Below are positions 54,370 to 64,000 of a stretch of DNA of 64,000 nucleotides, piece after piece. The position numbers were made by a program, and so were the translations under genes. Source of the DNA: Octopus vulgaris (Eukaryota); the NCBI GenBank assembly GCA_951406725.2, contig OX597824.1, positions 2,170,001 to 2,234,000 on the forward strand. Reading direction: 5' to 3'. The notes below the pieces were generated by a model. The model was not told where the DNA came from, searched no databases, and saw only the letters and a program-made list of their open reading frames with translations. How positions within the stretch are numbered: position 1 is the first letter of the stretch; every line of letters starts with the position of its first letter.

Positions 54370-54702
54370 ACCAAAATTTTATTCAAGACTGAAGGGGTCG
54401 GTTGCAAGAGCAGTTTGAACACATCATCCTAACAATACAGCTTATCACAGTTGACTAATTTGGAGAATGCAGATGGGACTTTTCGAAGCTTGCTATGCAA
54501 TATTCTTTTGTTACGATTATGAAATGCCCCAGATGGGATAGGGATTAAATTGTATGATCCGAGAAACAGCTTTTCGCTGGTACAAGAAGTTCAACCGGGA
54601 GAGAAAAGGTGAGAGACGTTGAGAGTTATGATGAAAGAAAGAAAGAAAGAAAGAAGGAAAGAAAGAAAGAAAGAAAGAAAGAAAGAAGGAAAGAAAGAAG
54701 GA

Positions 54703-54781
<79 letters not shown>

Positions 54782-55685
54782 TGTAGGTTAAGAAAATTTG
54801 CAGTTTCCTGGATGAAGACCATCGTCTGTCTACAAAGACAATAAACATACTACAGTTCGGAGTTGCTGTGACAAGAGGGCTCCGAATGATTTATGAAGAT
54901 CTGAACATGCTCACAATGTATACAAAGTTCGTTCCCAGGGAAATGGTCGCGCTCATTACCTCCCAACCTAGAGTGCGTGAGGCTCTGGTAACCACTGATG
55001 AAAGCTTGGTCTAGTGTTATCATCCAGAGGCAAAGTAACAGAGCTTCAATGGAAGCATCCTGACTGCTTCAGAACCAAGAAGGATAAATAAAGCGAATCC
55101 ACCGGCTAATTCATGATGTCCTCTTTTTCTAGAGCAACGGAATCACCTTCATCCACTGGGTTCCATCTAGCCAGACGGTCAACAAAGAGTACTTTAGAGA
55201 GCATTTGAGAGAATTCAGGAAGCGATTCTGCTTCCAAAGGCCGGGATTTTTCAATTTCTATCTGACCCACGTCCCCTAGGACACTGCCCCAGTCCACAAT
55301 TCTATCCTGACAACTAAATTCGTTTCCGAGACGGTCGTCAAAATGGTCCCTCACCCTCCACATAGTCCAGAACTTGCTCTCTCTCTCTCTCCCTCTCTCT
55401 CTCTCTCTATCTAACATTTGTTTGCTCCCCAAGCTGAATGACCTCAAATACAGTCGTTTTGGAGGCATTGATAATATGAAGATGGCTCTGACAAGTATTC
55501 TGGACACCTTCACTTTGGAAGACTACCATGGAGACTTCATGAAGAGGCTGGGTCGCAATAACAAAGGCATTGAATTTAGAGAATTCTACTTTGAAAGATA
55601 TTATGTGTTCTATATATTTCTTCTAAATTTGTAAATGGCTCTTCTGAAAATGTCTCAAAGTTTCTGGAATGCACCAGAATGTAAT
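54370..55685 (+). pseudogene. Decayed near-full-length mariner transposon interrupted by (GAAA)n (54634-54780) and (CT)n (~55376-55410)
   Basis: FRWYKKF, KFVPRE, LVTTDESLV*CYHPEAK*QS, QWKHPD, IHWVPSSQTVNKEY, PHPPHSPELA and C-terminal ...NKGIEFREFYFE. Confidence 0.85.
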
Positions 55686-57681
55686 TTGACACGCAATAAG
55701 ATGTAAAATTTTACAAATAGTCATAATGATGGCTGCCTGAAGCTTTAAACACAATATATTTTGAGCAAAGTTTATATCATAGATTTCCAAAATTCCTAGC
55801 ACCTTCGTCACAGAATGTTTATCTCAGACTTCTTTTTCCTAAATGTATTGTTAGAAGGTGTAACGAGAGATGTGCTAACGCCTCAATGTATTAAGGAATT
55901 CAAAGTCACAACCACCATCATATGAGTGACGTAGTTTAACTCACTCAGGCCCAGCTTATGATTATACAGTAACAACCAGTATAGAATAATAATGCTACAT
56001 ATACACCTTTGAAATTTGATGACCGCCGCAGATGCCATCTGCAGGTTATTTTTAGTTTCAGAGGCAGAGAGAAATAGGGTTTGCTAAGAAATAAAACGGA
56101 TGAGGAGAAATTTCAAGGGAGAGAACCGCTGAGAGAGATATTTTTCTTAAATACTTATTTTAGTATGCTTCTATATTCTTATTTGTTTTTCTTATTTGTT
56201 TTGCAAGTAGATGTAGAGAAATTTAAATTTATTTTGTTCTAGAATTGGAATTTATCAATGCACAGAAACTTGGGATAAAACTAGATGGCCATTTAAAACA
56301 TCCAGGAACTATATAAACGATCGGCTTTACTTTGCCATTTTTTAGAAAAACAGTTGACGAAAAGATGTGAGAGACGGAGGACAGTAAAAGCCGTTCAGTC
56401 ACAATTGAGATTACCATTAACATTCTACAGGGAACGATCGATATTTTCTATTTCTTCTACTTTTAACAGTGGAAGACTGTTTGATTCCAAGAAAGTCGCT
56501 TACGTGTTCAAGATTTCATTCTGGGACTCTTTCAAGGGTCTTATTTTATTTCTCCCATTTATCATTTCTTTCCCAGTACATATTCGACTTGTTTGTTAGT
56601 TCTTCGTGTAGACGCGATTACCGTTTTCTCTACAAACTACACAAAGCCATTTCTTTGTTCTTCACAGGTGCGAACATGTAATCTTTGGTCGTTTTTCCCA
56701 ATGCCGTTTATCAACATCGGAATGGTTTCGGATTGGTTTCCAATGTTTCATCTCAATATCTCATGATGAGATGAAACATTCCAATGTTTCTTCTCACCAT
56801 GGCATCCTTTGTGTTGCATCTATTCAGATTTCGACCATTGTTCGATACACACGTGTGAAATTTGACTGCAGTCCGCCGCTACACACAATTATATATGCTT
56901 GTGTGCATTAATATGCAATATTATAGCACTGGTTATTCAAACGATCGAATTGACTTTGTATTGGCCTGAATGCTATGAGTTGGTGGAATTATTAAATCCT
57001 CTCAGCCCTTAGTTTCCTCATCAATAAACCGCCACACCCCTCTCCCAAGTATCACCACTTCTTCCTACCTGTTCATTCTTTCCACCTGGCTCAACTTCAC
57101 TTCTCTTAGCACAGCACCTTCTCTCACCACGACCTCACCCTGTCACAACTCCCTGTCCGACACCATTGTTATGATATCATATCGTTTTACAATTTGTATA
57201 ATGGAAATTTTAAAACGAAAACATAAATTACTCCTGATAATTAACAGTTTTTGCACATCGCAGTAATCTGGAGTTAATTGAAATACAAATATGCTACATT
57301 TCATTCAACGGGAAGGTTTTCCTTTACTGTCCATCAAACGGAAAATGCTAAGCATGATTTATTAATGTGAAATAAGGCCATAGAGGGAATATCTCGTTCA
57401 AGTCTCTCCTGGCTGCAGATTATCTCGAAATTCTTTGCACACATTGAAGCTGTAATTCATAATGAATTATGAGATTATAACGATAGATTCTTCATAAATT
57501 TATACACTCCACGAATATACGTAGCATAGATTGTTCGTTTATTAATAGGATCAGTAAAAGCATCATTCAATTCAATGGGAAGAAAATGGCATTTAACGAG
57601 TCTTGGATTCATACGTGAGCTACTAACCATGTCTGGAATATCTCTCTCTCTCTCACGCACACACACATTCACACACACGTA

Positions 57682-58015
57682 GGGGCATGTGTGATAACAA
57701 GCTTGATTCTCAACCACAGGGTTCCTGGGTCAATCCTACTGCGTGGCGCCTTGGGTAAGTATGTTCTACTATAGTCTCAGTTCAATCAAAGCCATGTGAG
57801 TGGATTTCGTAGAAGGAAACTGAAAGAAGCCCGTCGTATACAAATGTGTGTGTGTACACATACACACACATACAACACTGCTTGGCAAGTGATGTTGGCG
57901 TGAGTTGCGATTCGGCAAAAGACACCTATAGAACAGGTACTAGGCTTGCAAGGAATACATTTTGGAGTCGATTTCTTCGACTAAATCCCCTTTAAGGTGG
58001 TGCTCCAGCATTAGG
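57682..58015 (+). mobile_element. SINE family S2, diverged copy
   Basis: gggtcaatcctactgcgtggcgccttgggtaag...gaaactgaaagaagcccgtcgtata...ggtggtgctccagcat. Confidence 0.8.
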
Positions 58016-58069
58016 TTTGGTTTGCAAGATTCTTTATGTAATTTCGTGTGTTGAAGCATATTCTGTTGT

Positions 58070-58290
58070 GTCTGGGGAGAGTCATTTTCTTTTTGTGCCT
58101 TATAATTTAACACACTTACCGGTAAAATTTCCACTTAATTCTTAATTTTTATTTTCCTAAAATTTTCGTTGCGTCTTGCAGACTATTGATAAGGTCGCAA
58201 GACACAACGAAAATTTTAGGAAAATAAAAATAAGAAATAAGTGGAAATTTTACCGGCACAAAAAGAAAATGACTCTCCCCAGACAAATAG
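58070..58290. mobile_element. Fold-back element of family C with ~90-110-bp inverted arms
   Basis: tgtctggggagagtcattttctttttgtgcc...ggtaaaatttccactta...aaaattttcgttgcgtcttgc is mirrored at 58197-58287; the left arm has an extra ~21 bp; the element ends at (TA)n. Confidence 0.9.
58183..58220 (+). ncRNA. Minimal hammerhead-like motif with U3-A8 covariant core
   Basis: cta-TTGATAA-g-gtcgc-aagac-acaac-GAAA-at-TT-tagg; the mirrored arm and the 30265 copy restore stem II to gttgc/gcaac. Confidence 0.5.
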
Positions 58291-58317
58291 TATATATATA
58301 TATATATATATATCCCA

Positions 58318-58612
58318 GGCGCAGAAATGGCTGTGTGATAAGAAGCTTGTTCTCAACCACATGGTTGCAGGTTCAGTCCCACTGCGTGGCATATTGGGCA
58401 AGTATCTTCTACTATAGCTTTGGGCCGACCAAAGTCTTGTCATTGGATTTGGTAGACGGAAACTGAAAGAAGTCCGTCGTGTATATATACATGTGTGTAT
58501 TTAGGCTATGGTTAGAGATGGAATAAGTACTAAGCTTAGAAAGAATAAGTCCTGGGGTCGATTTATTGGACTAAAGGCTGTGCTTCAGCATGGCCGCAGT
58601 CAAACGGCTGAA
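58318..58612 (+). mobile_element. SINE family S2 with internal deletion
   Basis: ggcgcagaaatggctgtgtgataag...ggttcagtccc...gaataagtcctggggtcgat...atggccgcagtcaaa. Confidence 0.88.
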
Positions 58613-59217
58613 TACACACACACAAACAAATATGCATATATATATAAATACGTATAGATACATAGAACATGGTTGCCCGTATGTATGTGTATATATATTT
58701 GTCATAGGTAAAGCAGCAACGTTGTTTTATAATTTTTCAAATTTGTTTCCAATGAAACTAACTAAATAATCCTATTAAAATAAACTAATTACATATTAAT
58801 TAAGAAATAATTAAATGCTTGATGCCTATTCTCGAATCGTGGAAACAGCCATAGTATATAATCTCAATTTTCTATTCACTCTCTCACACACACAAGACTG
58901 CGTACATTTTTTTAAAAAATGGAATATCGCCTAAATATCATAGTACTCCTAAATATCATAGAAGCCTGAGTCGCGACGAGAACTCTCAGCTTCGTTTCGA
59001 ATAAAAAAACAAACACTATATACTCTACAACATAAATTGAGCACACCTTTCTAATTCGTTCGACGTTAATCAAGATACATGTGTGTGTGCGTGCGTGCGC
59101 GCGAGCCCATGTATGAGTGTGTTTTGTCTTGAAGACGTATAAGGTAAAACAAAATATAACGCCATGAAGAATATTAAGAAATTTTTTTCAGAATCTGGAA
59201 TAATATTTGATTTCAGT

Positions 59218-59462
59218 AAGGCGGCGAGCTGGCAGAAACGTTAGCAAAGGCGGCGAGCTGGTAGAAACGTTAGCGCGCCGGGCGAAATGCTGAGCGGTAT
59301 TTCGTCTTTCTTTACGTTCTGAGTTCAAATTCCGCCGAGGTCGACTTTGCTTTTCATCCTTTCGCGGTCGATAAATTAAGTACCATTTGCGTACTGGGGT
59401 CGATCTAATCGACTGGTCCCTCCCCAAAAATTTCGGGCCTCGTGCTTAGAGTAGAAAAGAAT
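59218..59462 (+). mobile_element. SINE S1 with duplicated 28-bp head and tail B
   Basis: aaggcggcgagctgg(c/t)agaaacgttagc occurs twice; tail ggtccctccccaaaaatttcgggcctcgtgcttagagtagaaaagaat. Confidence 0.92.
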
Positions 59463-59506
59463 AATGAGACAAAATTATATTTAAAATAAATTTCTGCTAG
59501 GCAATA

Positions 59507-59850
59507 CTCTATTCTACTCCGGGCACAAGGCCCGAAATTTTGGGGGAAGGAGTCAGTCAGTTAGATCGAACCCAGTAAGGAACTGGTACTTAATCTATCG
59601 ACTCAGAAAGGATGAAAGGTAAAGTCGATCTCGGCGGAATTTGAACTCAGAACGTAAAGACCGACGAAATATTTGGAATATTTATTGCCCACAAGAGGCT
59701 AAACATAGGATAGACAAAGGGAGTATGTCGATTACATCGACCCAAGTGCATAACTGGCACTTATTTAATCGATGGCGAAAGGATGAAAAGCAAAGATGAC
59801 CTCGGCGGAATTTGAACTCAGAACATAAAGACAGACGAAATATTTGGAAT
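59507..59850 (-). mobile_element. Two tandem headless S1 units on the minus strand (tail B, then tail A)
   Basis: rc of S1 at ~59507-59672 and ~59680-59842; both end with gacgaaatatttggaatatt. Confidence 0.88.
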
Positions 59851-60302
59851 ATTACTATTTGAGTTGAGGTGTTTCGAAACGCCGCATTAATATAAGAAAA
59901 TGAAAACAGAAAAAAAAAAACGCATGAAAACTTCATGTATGAATGTCATTCACTGGTAAAGATATCTTCCCTTGTACTCTGAAATCCTAATAGGAAATGG
60001 TTGACTCCATAAAATCAGGAAGTAGCTGAAGGAACACGAATTGCAAAACAATTGTTGCAATCATTGCTTTCAAATTTCAAGAGGCAAATATTTTCCTCTC
60101 TTACGTTTCTTTTGCTCTTCCCAATTGGATTAAAGCATTTCTCCGGATTCCAGTTGTAGCGCAATGAAACATAACTCACAGACGCATAAAACAGGAACTT
60201 ACAAACGCATTTAGGATTGTGTCATTGTAGCAGTAGGAGTAACAGCAGCAACATCAACTCTCATGGTAGTAGAATAGTAGCAGTAGTTGCTGATAATGTT
60301 GC

Positions 60303-60321
60303 ATTATCATCATCATCATCA

Positions 60322-60359
<38 letters not shown>

Positions 60360-60393
60360 GTTATTATTATTATTGTTATTATTATTATTATTA
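60303..60393. repeat. (TCA)n/(TTA)n trinucleotide microsatellite
   Basis: Direct reading. Confidence 0.95.
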
Positions 60394-60397
60394 GGTC

Positions 60398-61438
60398 ATG
60401 GAACGAATAGTCAGAAGGAAACTAATCACCTTCTTTGAAGAAAATGAATTGGTGCCTGACACCCAACATGGTTTCCGACCAGGAAGAAACTACTTAACTC
60501 AGCTCCTACAACACTATGACTGGGTACTGAAACGACTGCTCAACCACTCAAATGTGGAAGTCATATATCTCGACTTTGCAAAGGCCTTTGATAAAATCGA
60601 TCATGGAATGATATGTCACAAACTGTGTGATCTTGGCATAGTTGGAAAATTGGGAGAATGGCTTCATGACTTTCTGAAGGATAGAAGTCAGGTGGTAGTA
60701 GCCACGCAAATAGTGAGCGGTGTTCCGCAAGGCACTGTTTTGGGACCACTACTGTTCATAATGGCCCTCTCAGACATGCCCTCAGCCACGCAGAGAGCCA
60801 CGATCACAAGTTATGCAGATAATACAAAAGTTTCACAGGCAATACAGAACCCTGAAGACACTAAGCACCTGCAATGTGAGCTGGACAAAATATACAAGTG
60901 GGCTGAAAAGAATAGCATGCAGTTCAATGCTGAAAAGTCTCAAGCTTTATGCTATCAGCATGCAAAACTAAATGCAATACCCAATAAATACACTGGACCT
61001 GGAGGGATTGCAATCCCAGAGGCACAATCAGTGCGAGACCTGGGTATTTACATGAGTGATGATGCAACCTTTCATGTGCATGTTGCTAAATTGGCAATGA
61101 AATGTAGGCGGCTGACCGGATGGATTCTTAGAATCTTTAGAACAAGAGACCAGGAAACCATGATGGTCCTCTGGAGGACATTTGTCCTAAGCCACTTTGA
61201 CTATTGCTCTCAGCTATGGTCACCATCCAGTGTCAAGTTAATCACAGAACTTGAGGCGATCCAACGAAGCTACACGAAGAAGATAGCTTCTGTGCAGCAT
61301 ATAAGCTATTGGGAAAGACTCAAAGAGATTGAGACTCTATTCCTTAGAGTGTTGGCGAGAAAGATATGCCATAATATACATCTTTGGCATCGAGAGTTAC
61401 ACAAATGCCAGAACTGGCCACAAATTAGTCTTAGCTAA
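60398..61438 (+). pseudogene. 5'-truncated CR1-like LINE reverse transcriptase fragment (open 346 aa, catalytically dead)
   Basis: QHGFRPGR, YLDFAKAFDKIDH, SGVPQGTVLGPLLF, YADNTK (YADD mutated), VRDLGI, DYCSQLWSP, LEAIQR, SYWERLK; no endonuclease domain; frameshift near 61325. Confidence 0.92.
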
Positions 61439-62850
61439 TGCCACAAATTAGTCTTAGCTGAGTGCCCACCGGTAGCTGACATGGGTGAGACGGTCACCAG
61501 TGAATGTAGATCGATTGGTCATTACGTGGGGGATCCAATATATTTGGCTCTGCTGGTGTCCATTGGTATCATTAATTCTTATAATTGTAAACACTGACGT
61601 CAGACCTAACCGAGCAGGCATATGATCTTATGATCAAGGATGTTCCAACCATGACAACCTTGTCAATTTCTATATAAGCTTTACATTGTCCGGTTGGCTA
61701 TCATGTCTTAAGTTTTATATAATACATCCTCTAGTATTATAGTATCTAAGGCATTATACATTTTTAAATGTTGTCGTATGAAATGAGAAATATTTCACAG
61801 TTGCCTATACTGTCTTCTCTGCCTGTTTGTAGACTACACTCTCCAAACTCAGTTTCAAATTTTGACATGAATTATGGAAGATTCTATAGTTCTTTCTATG
61901 ATTTCCTGGAGGAGTTCTTTGAGTTACTAGATAATAAAAGCATGAAATTCATCTTATTGCACCTAACAGTTGCAAAACTCCGTTACATTGAACACATTGG
62001 TAGTGACGTTAATTGAAACTATGTGTATACAGGTTGACTACAACATTCTACAATGTTTAAATAGAATAAATATGATTAAAAAGAAAAACTTAATCGTGAA
62101 TTATTTCAATTAAATGAATCTGAATTATAGAAAATATTTCAGAAATGCAACATTTTACAGAATCTTTCACTACTTTAACATGAAGTACCAAATAGCAAAC
62201 TCTAAACGAATCAATATAATTTTTTTCTAATTTCTTAAGAAATCAGATAACAGCCGGCATGCGTTGTAATTAACTTCGCAGTAATATTTGAAATGTCATA
62301 TGTTAATTATAAACGAACCGGATCATTTGTGAAGTAGAAGAATTCATTATTGGTAAAATATTGATAGTGTAAATTCATAGAGAACTCCTACTAAAGACAT
62401 TCGTTCTATTATGAAATTATCATGTGGTGCTTTTCCATCAAGGAATGACACAGTGAGGATATCAAGTTGAAATATTGAATAACAATGGTTTGTAAAATAA
62501 CTTTATAAAACATTCTGTACAAATACACATAGTGCTTGGAAACTGTCTACCTATTAGACACAGTAAATATATCAACCTGAAAAAAAAACTTCATAAAAAA
62601 ATTAACACTTCATATTATTTCTAGCGATGGTATGCCGGCAATAGAAACGAGGGAGAGAGAGAGAGAGAGAGAGAGAGCGCCCCTCGAAAACATTTTAGCT
62701 TTGGTCTTCTGTGTGACAATGGGTTGCAGCCAAACAGAGCAACCAATGTTATATACACACATTTGCTTGTGTGTACACGTGCGTGTGAATGTATGTATAT
62801 ATATATGTATATATATATATGCTTACATACATCTATCGCGTACACATAAA

Positions 62851-63265
62851 TATTGGGTAATCCCTTCAATGATGTGGATTTTTCAATTGTATGAGTTAAA
62901 GGTCGGAGGGTGGCGAGGTAAACTACCTGCATCAACTTGCTATAAAAGAAGGTAGTAGTTTTAGCTTGTACTTTTTCTTAGTGCAATTTTTGAAGATTGA
63001 AGCTCGAAGTGAAGTTCGGTTTTAACAGTTATATTTTCAAAGCTATAATGGAAGTGACAAAGGAGCATATTCAGCATATTTTGCTTTGTGAGTTCAATAA
63101 AGGTAACAATGCAACGGAAACTGACGATCGGGCTTTAACAATGCAACGGAAACTGACGATCGGGCTTTAACAGTAGTTCCAGAAATTGCTAGCCGGAAGC
63201 TACAGCCTAGAGGACGAGCCTCGTCCCGGAAGATCTGTAGAGCTTGACGGAGACGTCCTGAAAAT
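62851..63265 (+). pseudogene. Mariner 5' fragment (TIR plus HTH) with a 32-bp internal tandem duplication
   Basis: TA-ttgggt start; ATG at 63048 gives MEVTKEHIQHILLCEFNKGNNATET, then FQKLLAGSYSLEDEPRPGRSVELD; duplication at 63104-63171. Confidence 0.85.
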
Positions 63266-64000
63266 ACGGAAAAATCAACAAACGCTTGTCTATTCTAATC
63301 TTGCCTCTGCTATTAAACCGGTTCCACTCAGTGAAGTGCTTCCTGTTCCTGCCTTCAATGACTTGTCTCAGATAACTTTACCCTCAGCCAAAGAAGGTTC
63401 CTCACTAACGATGACACTTTTCAGTTGAGATTTTACCTCAGCTTTTCTCCCAGGTAGAGGTGAATGATCTACGTCAAGTGCTTACGGATTTGTGCTCCAA
63501 ATTAACTGAGCTGCAGAGTATGACATTAGATTAAACCAAACAGGAGCGCAGTGGTTAAAATGATTATTAGAAACTCTATGACTTTGCGTTTATGAAGTAG
63601 CGTACATCCTAAAAAATAGTGTCCTTTTGATACAGGTGTAGCATTAGCAGAGGATTTGGAATGAACTAACATAGATATTTGTTTTTAAAAATGCCTTAAG
63701 TAAAGCGTATGTTTTGCTTTTATGCATGAAATAATATTAAGCACTCAACTAGAAATATCTAAGAGAATTACAAATTATTTGAAATTTCTTTAGGAATAAA
63801 TAAGAGATCTGATGCATAGGTTATTCATAAAACGGAATAAGGAATGAGGAGAGGGTCGATTAGTTCTGTAAATGGAATTAGATTCTGTATTTCGGGTTAT
63901 TAAATAAGTAGTAATATAGATGGACATTTGTGGCTTATGGGTAAGAGAATATTAAAAATATTCTATTTGTATCCGAATTAATAATACATATTTGCAGAAT

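Noticed and set aside
56763-56782. Hammerhead-like atgatga-gat-gaaa-ca-tt
   Set aside because: No stem I or II and no TA docking; explained by the local inverted micro-duplication.

Overview
This is AT-rich, microsatellite-dense eukaryotic non-coding DNA, either intergenic or a large intron. I recognise the SINE families as those of Octopus (coleoid cephalopod); this is from memory, not a database search. No host protein-coding exon, rRNA, true tRNA or CRISPR array is supportable, and nearly all ORFs in the track are microsatellite translations. The window holds: (1) many copies of three tRNA-derived SINE families, including an 8-unit head-to-tail array with a 184-bp period and an inverted cluster; (2) decayed LINE fragments of RTE, Tx1/L1-like and CR1-like type; (3) five decayed mariner remnants; (4) several local duplications and fold-back palindromes. 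The most interesting signal is a set of about 6-8 distinct short non-coding elements carrying minimal type-I hammerhead-ribozyme-like motifs of the Penelope-like-element (PLE) kind. Several have non-canonical cores (CUGUAGA in four copies, CCGACGA, and UUGAUAA with a compensatory U3-A8 pair). Their downstream ends consistently abut (TA)n microsatellites, and three of them sit in long palindromes. All motifs were read by eye and ribozyme activity is untested.
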